Positions 6,858-17,600 are shown, numbered from the stretch's first letter. The stretch: DNA of 64,000 nucleotides from Alistipes sp. (GCA_045648965.1 JAZRPA010000026.1:9451-73450), one strand, 5' to 3'. The notes: generated by a model not told the origin, from the sequence alone. Numbers and translations are program-made.

Positions 6858-8351
6858 TTATAGCGTTACGCCCGTCTTGAAGATTGCTATCTCCTTGAAG
6901 CCTGTTTTTTCGTGCTTCAGCTTCTCGCCATTGACCGTAGCGAGAATCTTCTCGATAAGGCGCTCCAGCACAACCTGCGGCTCCTCGTCCTCAATCATTG
7001 TGCCGGCATTGAAGTCGATCCAATTAGCCTTGAACTGCGAGAGTTGCGAGTTGGTCGATATCTTCATCGTAGGAACGAACGCCCCAAACGGAGTACCGCG
7101 ACCCGTCGTGAAGAGTACAATCTGGCAACCCGACAACGCAAGCGACGACGAAGCAACGAGGTCGTTACCCGGTGCCTGCAACAGATTCAAGCCCGACTTA
7201 ACAATAGGCTGGCAGTAGCTCAGCACATCGACAACCTGCTGCGCACCACCCTTCTGCACACAACCGAGCGACTTCTCCTCGAGGGTTGTGATACCGCCCT
7301 TCTTATTGCCCGGCGAAGGGTTTTCGTAAATCGGCTGGTCGTACTTGCGGAAGTAGCCCTTGAAGTCGTTGATAAGGCATACCGTATTCTCGAATACCTC
7401 TTTATTTATAGCGCGGTCCATCAGGATAGTCTCGGCACCGAACATCTCGGGCACCTCGGTCAAAATTGTTGTTCCGCCCTGAGCAATAAGCCAATCCGAG
7501 AAGAGGCCCACCAATGGGTTGGCGGTAATGCCCGAAAAACCGTCCGAGCCACCGCACTTCAAGCCCACGCGCAAGTAGCTGAGCGGCAGAGGCTCGCGCT
7601 TATCCTCGCGAGTCTTCTCGACGAGTTCTTTACATATCTCGAAACCCGTTTCAATCTCGTCCTCGACCTCCTGAGCGATAAGGAACTTCACGCGCTCCTC
7701 GTCCCACTCGCCGATAACCTCCTTGAACGAGGCTATCTGGTTGTTCTCGCAACCCAAGCCGAGTACAAGCACCGCACCTGCATTCGGGTGCTTCACCAGC
7801 GCCGCCAATGCGTGCTGCGTATTGGCGTGGTCCTCGCCCAACTGCGAACAACCGTAGTTGTGGGTATAGACGCGTACATCGTCCAAGTGCGAGCAGTCGC
7901 ACTCGCTCTTTACGCGCTCGGCAATAGCCTGCGCCTGGCCATTCACGCAACCTACCGAAGGTACAATCCACAACTCGTTGCGAATACCCATAGTATTGTT
8001 CTTGCGCAAGTAGCCCATAACCTTCATATCGTCGCGCTTTGGATACTCTACCGCATAGGTCTTGTGGTCGTAGGTATATTCGATATTATCGTGCAAGTTG
8101 GTCTTGAGGTTGTGCGAGTGAATCCACGCGCCCACCTCGACTGCCGCCGTTGCGTGGCCGATTGGGTAGCCATACTTGATGACATTCTCACCCTCGGCAA
8201 TCGGCTTAATGGCGAACTTGTGGCCACGACCGATATCCTCCTTCAAGGTTATCGCCTGGCCGTCAATCTCGACCACCTCGCCCGCCTTCAAGTCGTCGGC
8301 AAGAGCTACGGCTACGCTATCGACAGCGTTGATTTTCAAAAATCGTTTCAT
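6858..8351 (-). CDS. uxaA: Altronate dehydratase
   Basis: N-terminal SAF domain (GHKFA, VIKYGYPIG); GLKCGGSDGFSGITANP; operon context. Confidence 0.95.
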   Translation of the reverse strand: MKRFLKINAVDSVAVALADDLKAGEVVEIDGQAITLKEDIGRGHKFAIKPIAEGENVIKYGYPIGHATAAVEVGAWIHSHNLKTNLHDNIEYTYDHKTYAVEYPKRDDMKVMGYLRKNNTMGIRNELWIVPSVGCVNGQAQAIAERVKSECDCSHLDDVRVYTHNYGCSQLGEDHANTQHALAALVKHPNAGAVLVLGLGCENNQIASFKEVIGEWDEERVKFLIAQEVEDEIETGFEICKELVEKTREDKREPLPLSYLRVGLKCGGSDGFSGITANPLVGLFSDWLIAQGGTTILTEVPEMFGAETILMDRAINKEVFENTVCLINDFKGYFRKYDQPIYENPSPGNKKGGITTLEEKSLGCVQKGGAQQVVDVLSYCQPIVKSGLNLLQAPGNDLVASSSLALSGCQIVLFTTGRGTPFGAFVPTMKISTNSQLSQFKANWIDFNAGTMIEDEEPQVVLERLIEKILATVNGEKLKHEKTGFKEIAIFKTGVTL

Positions 8352-8353
8352 AA

Positions 8354-9808
8354 TTAAGCGAGAAACTTATTTAACGCCTCAGTCATACCGAGATCCTCGA
8401 TATCCTTGAGGTACTTCGCTACGGCAGGGATAAAGCCTGGAACCTCCGAGAAATCTACGGTAAAGATACCGCTCTCCTTAACAATCTTCGAAACTGTACC
8501 CTCGAGGTCCTCCGAATTCCAATTGTTGCGGATGTAAGCAACGAACTCGGCAGTATCATCTGGCTCGAAGCCGCTCTTAGGGCTGTAGTATGCCATCAAA
8601 GCTGCGAAGGTCATACACTCGTGCTCGGCAACCTTTCCAGCCTTGAACCAGTTATCCTTAACTGTTGGGTAGTTGCGAGCCTCCCACTTCGAGAGCGAGT
8701 TGAGCGAAATAGACTTCAACATATGCTTGATGTATGGGTTGTAGAAGCGCTCCAAGATGCTTGCAGCAAACTCCTTCAACTCAGCCTGATCCTCCTCAAT
8801 CATTGGGATAACCTCCTCGGCAACCATATCGTTTACGAACTTCTCGATAGCAGGGGTATTGAAGGCGTCCATAACGGTCTCGCAGCCCATCATCAAGGCC
8901 ATTGTAACCATACCTGTGTGCGAGCCGTTCAAGATGCGCACCTTCTTGTCGCGGAACTGCTTGATAGATGGCATAAAGATTACGTGCAAGCCCGCCTTGT
9001 CGAGTGGAAGCTCCTCCATAACCTTCTTATAGCCCGGGCCACCGATAGCCCACAAGTGATAGAGCTCAGCCTTTACTACGAGGTTATCGTCGAAGCCAAT
9101 CTCCTCCTTAATCTCGTTGATAGTATCGCGAGGGAAGCCCGGAACGATGCGGTCCACGAGTGTATCGCAGAAGTGGCAGTTAGCCTCAACCCAATCGATG
9201 AAGTCCTGACCCAACTTGTGGTACTCGGCGTGCTTGATTACATACTCGTGCAAGGTCGAACCGTTGTTCTCGATCAACTCGCAGCAGATAATAACCAAAC
9301 CCTTCTCCGGATCGCCATTGAAGTGCTTGAAACGCTTGTAGAGCAAAGCGGTCATCTTTGCAGGGTACGACTTTGGAGGACAAGCGGTCAAATCGTCGCC
9401 CTCCTCATAGCGGATACCCGCCTCGGTGGTGTTCGAAATGGTAATCTTGAGCTCAGGCGAGAGGAAATACGACTCATACTTAGCATACTCCTCGTATGGG
9501 TTGAACGAGTCCATTACGCTCTTTACCATACGCACGTCCTTCTTAGGCTGCTTGTTCTCGATACCCTCCAAATAGACGTGGTAGAGGTGATTCTGCTCGT
9601 TGAGCAGATCGATAACCTTCAACACCTTCTTCTCAGGGTCGATAATAGGCTGACAAATAGCCACGCCCGAATTCATAACGCCCTTCTCGTTGGCGATGTC
9701 AATCTGCCAATCTACGAAAGCGCGCAAGAAGTTACCCTCGCCAAATTGAAGGATCTTAACCGGACGCTCAACCTTCTCTACGGTTGTCTTATTAAGTTTC
9801 TTAATCAT
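8354..9808 (-). CDS. uxaB: Tagaturonate reductase (altronate oxidoreductase)
   Basis: ILQFGEGNFLRAFVDW, SNTTEAGI, TLVDRIVPG, ILNGSHT. Confidence 0.93.
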   Translation of the reverse strand: MIKKLNKTTVEKVERPVKILQFGEGNFLRAFVDWQIDIANEKGVMNSGVAICQPIIDPEKKVLKVIDLLNEQNHLYHVYLEGIENKQPKKDVRMVKSVMDSFNPYEEYAKYESYFLSPELKITISNTTEAGIRYEEGDDLTACPPKSYPAKMTALLYKRFKHFNGDPEKGLVIICCELIENNGSTLHEYVIKHAEYHKLGQDFIDWVEANCHFCDTLVDRIVPGFPRDTINEIKEEIGFDDNLVVKAELYHLWAIGGPGYKKVMEELPLDKAGLHVIFMPSIKQFRDKKVRILNGSHTGMVTMALMMGCETVMDAFNTPAIEKFVNDMVAEEVIPMIEEDQAELKEFAASILERFYNPYIKHMLKSISLNSLSKWEARNYPTVKDNWFKAGKVAEHECMTFAALMAYYSPKSGFEPDDTAEFVAYIRNNWNSEDLEGTVSKIVKESGIFTVDFSEVPGFIPAVAKYLKDIEDLGMTEALNKFLA

Positions 9809-9840
9809 TGCTTTATATTGTTAAATTTTCACACTTAGTA

Positions 9841-11286
9841 TTACTCGATAACGATTGGCTTGTGCTTCGGTACCAAAGTCTTCATAACCGCCCATGCGAT
9901 CAAGTAAGCCACGGCACAGATACAGAAGATAATCATATAACCTGCCGGCTTACCCTCGAAGCCCGCAAAAGTGAATGCTGCACCCTGAGTCTCAGCGTAT
10001 GTGAAGAGCATACCTGCACCCTTATTGATAAGGAACGAGCCGCAACCTCCGACCATAGCGCCGATACCTGTAATGGTAGCGATAGTCGATTTAGGGAACA
10101 TATCGCCAACGGTCGAGAAGAGGTTCGCCGACCAAGCCTGGTGGCCTGCACCTGCGATACCGATAATCACTGCCGGGAACCAAACCGAAATACCCTGCAA
10201 TGGCTGAGCAAAGAGAGCAAAGAGAGGGAAGAATGCGAAGATCAACATCGCAAGCATACGGCCCGAATATGGCTCCATGCCCTTCTTCTCCACAAACAAC
10301 TTAGGCAAGTATCCTCCACCGATTGAAACAACCGTAACAATCAGATAGAGAACGAATACGAGCATCTTTCCGAGTGTTGTATCCATACCTGCACCGCACT
10401 CCGAGAAGTATGCCGGAGCCCAGAAGAGGTAGAACCACCAAACGCCGTCGGTAAAGAACTTACCTGCGATGAATGCCCACGTCTGCTTGAAACCGAAACA
10501 TTTCAAGAATGGTATTGTCTTCTCCTCGGCAGCAGGCTTTGCCTCGACGGCCTCGCCCTGCTCGTCTTGGAGAATATATGCCAACTCGGCCTTGTTCACA
10601 TGCTTCGACTTCTCAGGTTTATCGTACATAAACACCCAGAAGAACATCCACACGAAACCGAGAACACCAATGATGATAAATGCCATCTCCCAACCAAATT
10701 TATCAGCCAAGATAGGAATTGTCAATGGCGCAGCCAAAGCTCCTACCGAAGCGCCTGCGTTGAATAACGATGTAGCCAATGCTCGGTCCTTCTTAGGGAA
10801 GTACTCGGCTGTCACCTTAATAGCTGCAGGGAAGTTACCTGCCTCACCCAAGGCTAGAATACCTCGACAAATCAAGAACAACCATACGCTAAGGCCCGCA
10901 ATAGCCATAGCAGCTGCAGAGCCAACCTCTACCGCCTTAACAGCCTCTATCGACTCGTAGCCCAAGAATTTCATTGTAGCCCAGCCGCAACCTGCGTGCA
11001 TACATGCACCAAGCGACCAGATACCGATAGCCCAAAGGAAGCCCTTCTTGGTACCCATCCAATCTACGAACTTACCCGCAAAGAGGCAAGCAAAGGCGTA
11101 GAATATTGAGAAGAAACCTGTAATCGTACCATAGTGCGAATCGGTCCAATTGAACTCTGGAGCAATAAAGTCCTTCCATGTAAGCGAAAGCACCTGGCGG
11201 TCCATATAGTTGACGGTTGTAGCCACAAAGAGCAACAGACACATCGCCCAGCGCCAGTTTGTTTTTTTCTCGTTAAGTAGTGTCAT
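9841..11286 (-). CDS. MFS hexuronate transporter (ExuT-like)
   Basis: TTVNYMDRQVLS, GEAGNFPAAIK; multiple hydrophobic helices; uronate operon context. Confidence 0.88.
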   Translation of the reverse strand: MTLLNEKKTNWRWAMCLLLFVATTVNYMDRQVLSLTWKDFIAPEFNWTDSHYGTITGFFSIFYAFACLFAGKFVDWMGTKKGFLWAIGIWSLGACMHAGCGWATMKFLGYESIEAVKAVEVGSAAAMAIAGLSVWLFLICRGILALGEAGNFPAAIKVTAEYFPKKDRALATSLFNAGASVGALAAPLTIPILADKFGWEMAFIIIGVLGFVWMFFWVFMYDKPEKSKHVNKAELAYILQDEQGEAVEAKPAAEEKTIPFLKCFGFKQTWAFIAGKFFTDGVWWFYLFWAPAYFSECGAGMDTTLGKMLVFVLYLIVTVVSIGGGYLPKLFVEKKGMEPYSGRMLAMLIFAFFPLFALFAQPLQGISVWFPAVIIGIAGAGHQAWSANLFSTVGDMFPKSTIATITGIGAMVGGCGSFLINKGAGMLFTYAETQGAAFTFAGFEGKPAGYMIIFCICAVAYLIAWAVMKTLVPKHKPIVIE

Positions 11287-11319
11287 TTTTTCTATTGTTT
11301 AGATTAGATTAGTATTTAC

Positions 11320-11991
11320 CTATTTTCCACGTACCTCGGCAATAATATCGAGACACTCGCGGCACTTGTCGGTTACGTATGCCCAATCCTCGGCCTTCAC
11401 CTTATCCGAAGGGAAGAGCTTCGAACCCATACCTACGCAATATACGCCCGCCTTGAACCACGATGTAAGGTTATCGCGGTCGGGCGAAACACCACCCGTA
11501 ACCATAACCTTCGACCACGGACATGGAGCCATCAAACCCTTCACCATATTCGGGCCATAGACATCGCCCGGGAAGAGCTTAGTCAAGTCGCAACCCAACT
11601 CCTGAGCCTTGCCAATCTCCGATACGGTACCACAACCCGGGCAGTATGGGATTGAACGACGATTGCAAACAGGTGCAATATCAGGGTTAAAGAGCGGACC
11701 TACAACGAAGCAAGCGCCCAACTGGATATAGAGCGCAGCGGTAGGAGCATCAACGATCGAGCCGATACCCAATGCCAACTCGGGGCACTCGACAGCAGCC
11801 CACTTTACGAGCTCGCCGAAAATCTCGTGCGCGAAGTCGCCACGATTGGTAAACTCGAAAGCACGAACACCGCCCTCGTAGCAAGCCTTCACCACCTTCT
11901 TGGCAACCTCTACGTCCTTGTGGTAGAAAACGGGAACCATACCCGTCTCGCCGATCTTCTGCATTACGGCGATTTTATCAAACTTTGCCAT
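11320..11991 (-). CDS. eda: KDPG/KHG aldolase
   Basis: FEFTNRG, GIGSIVD, KLFPG; between kdgK and the transporter. Confidence 0.92.
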   Translation of the reverse strand: MAKFDKIAVMQKIGETGMVPVFYHKDVEVAKKVVKACYEGGVRAFEFTNRGDFAHEIFGELVKWAAVECPELALGIGSIVDAPTAALYIQLGACFVVGPLFNPDIAPVCNRRSIPYCPGCGTVSEIGKAQELGCDLTKLFPGDVYGPNMVKGLMAPCPWSKVMVTGGVSPDRDNLTSWFKAGVYCVGMGSKLFPSDKVKAEDWAYVTDKCRECLDIIAEVRGK

Positions 11992-12025
11992 TATTTAAAA
12001 TTTCGAAATTATCCGTTTTACAAAA

Positions 12026-13045
12026 TTAGCGCTGTACGCGGCCGTTAGCGTTACCGCCCGCCAACGACTCAACCTCCTCAACCGATACGAGGTTGAAATC
12101 GCCATTGATCGTATGCTTCAAAGCCGATGCAGCAACCGCAAACTCGAGAGCCTCGCCCTGATTAGGCTTGGTCAACAAACCGTGAATTACACCGCCCGAG
12201 AACGAATCACCACCACCTACGCGGTCAATGATTGGGTCGATATCGTAGCGCTTCGACTCATAAAACTCCTCGCCGTTATAAATCATCGCCTTCCAGCCAT
12301 TGTGAGTAGCCGAGAATGACTCGCGAAGGGTCGAAATCACATACTTGAAGCCGAACTCCTCAGCCATCTGCTTGAAGATGCCCTTGTAGCCCTCAGCATT
12401 TGTCTCGCCACCCTCGATATCGGCATCAGGCTTAAAGCCAAGACAAAGCTCAGCGTCCTCCTCATTTCCGATGCAGACATCAACATACTGCATCAACGGG
12501 CGCATAATCGACTGTGCCTTCTCCTTTGTCCAGAGCTTCTTGCGGAAGTTTAAATCCACAGAAACGGTTACACCGTGACGCTTAGCAGCCTCGCAAGCGA
12601 GTTTTGTAAGCTCGGCAGCCTTATCCGAAATAGCAGGAGTGATACCCGACCAGTGGAACCAATCGGCACCCTCCATTATAGCGTCAAAATCAAAGTCGGC
12701 AGCCTCGGCCTCGGCAATCGCCGAATGTGCGCGGTCGTAGATAACCTTAGAAGGGCGCATCGAAGCACCCGTCTCGAGGTAGTAGATACCTACGCGATCG
12801 CCACCACGAGCGATAAAGTCGGTCTTTACGCCATACTTGCGAAGTGCATTTACGGCCGACTGGCCAATCTCGTGCTTAGGCAACTTTGTAACAAAGTATG
12901 CATCGTGGCCATAGTTGGCACAGCTGACAGCTACATTCGCTTCGCCACCGCCATAGACTACGTCGAATGAGTCCGACTGCACAAAACGCGTATTGCCCGG
13001 CGTCGAGAGTCGGAGCATAATCTCACCGAAAGTTACGATTTTCAT
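12026..13045 (-). CDS. kdgK: 2-dehydro-3-deoxygluconokinase (PfkB family)
   Basis: FGEIMLRL, GGGEANVA, DLNFRKKLW, DRVGGGDSF. Confidence 0.93.
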   Translation of the reverse strand: MKIVTFGEIMLRLSTPGNTRFVQSDSFDVVYGGGEANVAVSCANYGHDAYFVTKLPKHEIGQSAVNALRKYGVKTDFIARGGDRVGIYYLETGASMRPSKVIYDRAHSAIAEAEAADFDFDAIMEGADWFHWSGITPAISDKAAELTKLACEAAKRHGVTVSVDLNFRKKLWTKEKAQSIMRPLMQYVDVCIGNEEDAELCLGFKPDADIEGGETNAEGYKGIFKQMAEEFGFKYVISTLRESFSATHNGWKAMIYNGEEFYESKRYDIDPIIDRVGGGDSFSGGVIHGLLTKPNQGEALEFAVAASALKHTINGDFNLVSVEEVESLAGGNANGRVQR

Positions 13046-13067
13046 CTCTTAAGCAGTTTTGATGTTA

Positions 13068-14480
13068 TTAGAATTTGAAATACTCCTTTGCATTGCGGTA
13101 ACATACACCTTCGACAATCTCCTTACCGATGAAGTCAATCTCTGATGCAGGCAACAAGCCCTGTTCGATATCGTTACCCAACAAGTTACAGAGCGTACGA
13201 CGGAAGTACTCGTGGCGTGGGTACGAGAGGAACGAACGCGAGTCGGTCAACATACCTACGAAGCGGCTCAACAAGCCCAAAGTCGAGAGGGCGTTCATCT
13301 GCTTCTCCATACCGTCCTTCTGATCGAGGAACCACCAGCCCGAACCGAACTGAATCTTACCCGGACCATAGCGACCGTCCTGGAAGTTACCCAACATTGT
13401 AGCCACCAACTCATTATCGCGTGGGTTGAGGTTGTAGATGATAGTCTTTGTGAGCTTATCCTGACCATCGAGCATATCGAAGAACTTAGCCATCTTCTTC
13501 GCTACGGTGAAGTCGCCAATCGAGTCGAAACCTGTATCAGGGCCCAACTGACGGAACATGCGAGCGTTGTTGTTGCGGATTGCACCGTAGTGGAACTGCT
13601 GTGTCCAACCGGTCTCCCAATCCATAATAGCGAACTCAACCATCATTGCGGTCTTGTACTTCAAGATCTCCTCGTATGAGAGCTCCTTACCGCCATAAAC
13701 TTTCTCGAAGATAGAGTCAATCTCCGACTGAGTGTAATCCTCAGCGTAGAACTCCTCGATACCGTGGTCAGAAAGACGGCAACCAACCTCCTCGAAGAAC
13801 TTGTGACGTACGCGCAAAGCCTCAATTACGTCCTGGAACTTCTTAATCTCAACGCCCGACACCTCGGCCAACTTGTCGATATAAGCCTTAAAGTCGGCTG
13901 GTACCTCTACAGCCATAGCCTTGTCAGGGCGCCAAGTAGGCAACATCTTCACCTTGAAGCCATCGGCTGCAACCTTCAAGTGGTGCTCGAGCGAGTCGAT
14001 CGGATCGTCTGTAGTGCAGACAACCTCAACATTGTAGTGCTCCATCAAACCGCGAGCGTAAAACTCTGGCTGCTGCAACTTCTCCGAGCAGACATCATAA
14101 ATCTCGCGAGCGGTTGAAGGGTTGAGCAACTTCTCAACGCCAAAAGCGGTCTTAAGCTCAAGGTGGGTCCAGTGGTAGAGCGGGTTACGCATAGTATACG
14201 GAACGGTCTCTGCCCACTTCTCGAACTTCTCCCAGTCGGTAGTATCCTTGCCGGTGCAGAAACGCTCATCTACGCCGTTGGTACGCATTGCACGCCACTT
14301 GTAGTGGTCGCCCTCGAGCCAAATCTTCGACAAGTTGTCGAACTTGTGGTTTGAAGCCACATACTCGGGAATGAGGTGGCAGTGATAGTCAATAATCGGC
14401 TGCTTGGCTGCAAACTCGTGATAGAGGCGCTCAGCGGTTGGCGTCTGTAACAAGAAATTTTCGTCGTTAAACTGTTTCAT
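13068..14480 (-). CDS. uxaC: Uronate isomerase
   Basis: IIDYHCHL, DHYKWRAMR, SGWWFLDQ, TDSRSFLSY. Start moved to MKQFNDENF (14480). Confidence 0.96.
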   Translation of the reverse strand: MKQFNDENFLLQTPTAERLYHEFAAKQPIIDYHCHLIPEYVASNHKFDNLSKIWLEGDHYKWRAMRTNGVDERFCTGKDTTDWEKFEKWAETVPYTMRNPLYHWTHLELKTAFGVEKLLNPSTAREIYDVCSEKLQQPEFYARGLMEHYNVEVVCTTDDPIDSLEHHLKVAADGFKVKMLPTWRPDKAMAVEVPADFKAYIDKLAEVSGVEIKKFQDVIEALRVRHKFFEEVGCRLSDHGIEEFYAEDYTQSEIDSIFEKVYGGKELSYEEILKYKTAMMVEFAIMDWETGWTQQFHYGAIRNNNARMFRQLGPDTGFDSIGDFTVAKKMAKFFDMLDGQDKLTKTIIYNLNPRDNELVATMLGNFQDGRYGPGKIQFGSGWWFLDQKDGMEKQMNALSTLGLLSRFVGMLTDSRSFLSYPRHEYFRRTLCNLLGNDIEQGLLPASEIDFIGKEIVEGVCYRNAKEYFKF

Positions 14481-14572
14481 AGCTATAGGTTTATATGTGT
14501 ATTTTATGTCGTAAAGATAAATCTTTTTTTCCAATTTCACAACATTTACCAAACATATTAAATCCTATTTTT

Positions 14573-14607
14573 TTGCTCAATCGAAAAAGATTTCCTAAAT
14601 TTGTAGT
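14573..14607 (+). promoter_or_regulatory. Promoter of the S1/P1 nuclease gene
   Basis: TAAATTTG at 14596-14603; 31/35 identical to 5642-5676. Confidence 0.7.
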
Positions 14608-14628
14608 AAGGTCTAAAAAATTGGCACT

Positions 14629-15447
14629 ATGAAAAAATTTATTTTCACTATACTTGGCATCGTTTTGATGTGTGGCACAGCATTCGCGTGGGGAACGCGC
14701 GGACACGAGGCAACTGCAAAAATTGCCGAGAAGCACCTCACACCAAAGGCGAAAAAGTTGCTCGACAAGTACCTCGACGGCAAGTCGATTGTCGACTACG
14801 CATCGTGGGCAGATGAGTACAAGCGAGAGCTACTGTTCGAACTCGACTTTGAGCCATCGAACGCACCTCGTAGATTGCGCTATCCGCACACCTTCGAGGC
14901 TAATGCCGACTGTAGCGTCTTCGATGGCGACCGCCGCGGCGATGAGTGGGTCAAGAACTGCGTATATATGGCTGTTGGCTATGCCAATGACCTAAAGGCC
15001 AACCACAAAAATATGGATAACGACGAGCGTTTTCACAAGATTGCGATGCTGATACATTGGCTTGGCGATATGCACTGCCCTGCCCATATTCGCTACCCCG
15101 ATGACCAGACTTCGAGCGGCTACGAGGTGATGATGGGCGACCGCGCCATTTGGTACCACCGATTGTGGGACGGCATACTCTTTAATTGGCTCCACCCGTC
15201 GAGCCGAGGCGATGCCGCCGAGGCGATAGATACCTGCTCAGCAAAGGAGATTGCCAAGATTGTCGAGGGCGACCTATATGATTGGGGTAAAGACTCAGCC
15301 ACCGCCTCGCGTGCAACGCGCAAGTATCGCGCAGGAGCGCAGATTGACAGAGAGGAGTTCATTAAGGAATTTTCCGAACTACTCGACCAGCAAATCCGTA
15401 ATGGTGGCTACCGCTTGGCAAAACTATTCAACGACATATTTCAATAA
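14629..15447 (+). CDS. S1/P1 family nuclease with signal peptide
   Basis: Signal peptide, then AWGTRGH, SWADE, LIHWLGDMHCPAH, HRLWD, QQIRNGGYRLA (S1/P1 zinc-ligand pattern). Confidence 0.9.
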   Translation: MKKFIFTILGIVLMCGTAFAWGTRGHEATAKIAEKHLTPKAKKLLDKYLDGKSIVDYASWADEYKRELLFELDFEPSNAPRRLRYPHTFEANADCSVFDGDRRGDEWVKNCVYMAVGYANDLKANHKNMDNDERFHKIAMLIHWLGDMHCPAHIRYPDDQTSSGYEVMMGDRAIWYHRLWDGILFNWLHPSSRGDAAEAIDTCSAKEIAKIVEGDLYDWGKDSATASRATRKYRAGAQIDREEFIKEFSELLDQQIRNGGYRLAKLFNDIFQ

Positions 15448-15475
15448 AAAAGCCTTCCACTCGGGAAGGCTTTTT
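15447..15475 (+). terminator. Intrinsic terminator
   Basis: AAAAAGCCTTCC-ACTCG-GGAAGGCTTTTT. Confidence 0.85.
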
Positions 15476-15483
15476 CTTGGCTG

Positions 15484-15653
15484 TTAGCCATTGGCCATTA
15501 GCCATTAGCTTTTTAGCGCAGTATAATGGCATTTATAGGACTTAATAGGATAGAATAGGATTCGCACCTAAGGTGCTGAATAGGATTGCGCCTCCTATTA
15601 AAGGGCTGAAAGCCCGTTCCTATTTTTTCCTATTCGTTCCTATTCCCTCCTAC
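15484..15653. repeat. Composite palindromic element B (AATAGGA left arm, TCCTATT right arm)
   Basis: Heptamer array, then TTAGCTTTTTAGCGCAGTATAATGGCAT; core at 15534, 15544, 15554, 15579; TCCTATT at 15593, 15618, 15628, 15638; hairpins GCACC-TAA-GGTGC and GGGCT-GAA-AGCCC. Confidence 0.85.
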
Positions 15654-16501
15654 ATCTTGGCGATGCAATGTTTCAGGGCATCGTGCCACTCGGGGATTTG
15701 AAGTCCAAAGGTCTCGACGAGCTTACTCTTATCCAGCACCGAGTAGCGTGGGCGTTGCGCTCGGGTTGGATAGTCGGCCGTAGTGCAAGGCTTAACCTCG
15801 CAACCACTATTTCCGCTCAGGCGAGCAATCTCGCAAGCAAAGTCGTACCACGAGCAGACACCTTCGTTCGAGTAGTGGTAGATGCCACACTTGTCGAGTT
15901 GATTACTCTCTATGATATAAGTGATAGCGGCAGCTAAATCGCCTGCGTAGGTTGGCGTACCAATCTGATCGGCAACAACCTTAACCTCGGGACGCGATGC
16001 GGTGAGCGACTGCATAGTTTTGCAGAAGTTACGACCAAACTCCGAATAGAGCCACGCCGTACGCAAGATAATGCTCTTACAGCCCGACTCGGCGATAGCC
16101 TTCTCGCCCGCCAACTTCGTACGACCATAGGCACCAAGCGGTGCTGTAGCGCACTCCTCGGTATATGGCACATCGGCCCTACCCGAAAAGACGTAGTCGG
16201 TAGAAATATGAACGAGCGTAGCGTCGTAGCGCTTGCAAGCATCGGCCAACAGAGCCACAGCCTTATGGTTTATCTCGTCGGCCTGCGACTCGTTATCCTC
16301 GGCCAAATCGACCGCTGTGTAAGCGGCGCAATTCACCACCACATCGATCTTCTCGCGCTCGAAAAAGTCCGCAATAGCCGCAGCCGATGTTATATCCAAC
16401 TCCTCGACATCGGTAAAGATAAAGCGGTGGCAGCTCTCGGCCGACGCCAAGCGCAAGGAGCAACCCAACTGCCCGTTTCCACCCGTTACCAATATCGTCA
16501 T
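15650..16501 (-). CDS. rfbD: dTDP-4-dehydrorhamnose reductase
   Basis: ILVTGGNGQLG, NCAAYTAVD, HISTDYVF, YGRTKLAGE. Confidence 0.96.
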   Translation of the reverse strand: MTILVTGGNGQLGCSLRLASAESCHRFIFTDVEELDITSAAAIADFFEREKIDVVVNCAAYTAVDLAEDNESQADEINHKAVALLADACKRYDATLVHISTDYVFSGRADVPYTEECATAPLGAYGRTKLAGEKAIAESGCKSIILRTAWLYSEFGRNFCKTMQSLTASRPEVKVVADQIGTPTYAGDLAAAITYIIESNQLDKCGIYHYSNEGVCSWYDFACEIARLSGNSGCEVKPCTTADYPTRAQRPRYSVLDKSKLVETFGLQIPEWHDALKHCIAKM

Positions 16502-16504
16502 AAT

Positions 16505-17056
16505 CTACTCGAAAAGCGTTTCACACTCGGTCAATGTCGAGTGGTTCTTATCCTTAGCCGAAAGGATTACATCCTCGGCAGGCAACTGCCAATCTATCGC
16601 CAACGCTGCGTCGTCCCAGGCGATTGCACCCTCGCTCTCAGGAGCGTAGTAGTTGTCGCACTTATACTCCACCACAGCCTCCTCGCTCAGCACCGAATAG
16701 CCGTGCGCAAAGCCGTGAGGAATAAATATCTGGCGATGATTCTCGTCCGACAACTCGACGGCCACATACTTGCCAAAAGTAGACGACGACTTGCGGATAT
16801 CGACCGCTACGTCCAACACCCTACCCTTCGCTACGCGCACAAGCTTGCTCTGCGCATGAGGTGGCAACTGAAAGTGCAAACCGCGCACCACGCCGTACGA
16901 CGATTTCGCCTCGTTCGACTGCACAAAGTGGCAATCGCACACCTCGGCACGGAACTCTCGCTCGGAGAACGACTCGAAGAAGTACCCTCTATCGTCCTCG
17001 AAAACTCGTGGTTCTATCACAACCACACCCTCTATCGCTGTCTTTATGATGTTCAT
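16505..17056 (-). CDS. rfbC: dTDP-4-dehydrorhamnose 3,5-epimerase
   Basis: DDRGYFFE, VVRGLHFQ, DVAVDIR, GFAHG. Confidence 0.96.
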   Translation of the reverse strand: MNIIKTAIEGVVVIEPRVFEDDRGYFFESFSEREFRAEVCDCHFVQSNEAKSSYGVVRGLHFQLPPHAQSKLVRVAKGRVLDVAVDIRKSSSTFGKYVAVELSDENHRQIFIPHGFAHGYSVLSEEAVVEYKCDNYYAPESEGAIAWDDAALAIDWQLPAEDVILSAKDKNHSTLTECETLFE

Positions 17057-17596
17057 CTAAATGTGTTTTATATCATTTGCTGTAATACCCGACACCGCCA
17101 CTGCGATTACGCCGTCAATAGCCACCACAAAGCGCTTCGAGCGCTTGCCCTCAATCTTCACGAGCAGACCCTGGTGTCCCTTGAACGAGCCATTTACAAC
17201 CTCCACGCGCTCGCCCACCTCGAAGTGAGCCTCCTCGCCCGAGAGCAGCTCGGCCTTGTCGTCCATCTCGTTGCAGATAGCGATAAATTGCTGCATCTGC
17301 TCCTCAGGCACCTCAACGGGGAGATTTTTACCCTCCGCAGGCCGAACGATATAGTGAAGATACGGTATTTTACTCTTTGCCTCTTGTACTGTTTCGCGCT
17401 CGCCAAGCACAAAAATTAGGTCGCGCACAACAGGTATCATATCGGTCTTGATGCGACGACCAATCTTCACGGTACGCTTACGCATAGGCACAAAGCTCTC
17501 GATTTTATCCTTCTCGAGGCTTCGCTGCGCCATAAGGTTACGGCCGTAGGTTGCTCGCATTGCAAACCACTTTCTCTCTGTTTCGCACAATACCAT
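17057..17596 (-). CDS. UpxY-family (NusG-like) transcription antiterminator
   Basis: NGN N-terminus (WFAMRATY...ESFVPM, LIFV) and KOW motif (GERVEVVNGSFKGHQG); abuts rfbC (TAGATG). Confidence 0.87.
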   Translation of the reverse strand: MVLCETERKWFAMRATYGRNLMAQRSLEKDKIESFVPMRKRTVKIGRRIKTDMIPVVRDLIFVLGERETVQEAKSKIPYLHYIVRPAEGKNLPVEVPEEQMQQFIAICNEMDDKAELLSGEEAHFEVGERVEVVNGSFKGHQGLLVKIEGKRSKRFVVAIDGVIAVAVSGITANDIKHI

Positions 17597-17600
17597 AGCA

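Noticed and set aside
14500-14520. Imperfect palindrome TTTATGTCGTAAA near the uxaC promoter as an operator
   Set aside because: Short, AT-rich, single copy, and no regulator gene in the operon to tie it to.
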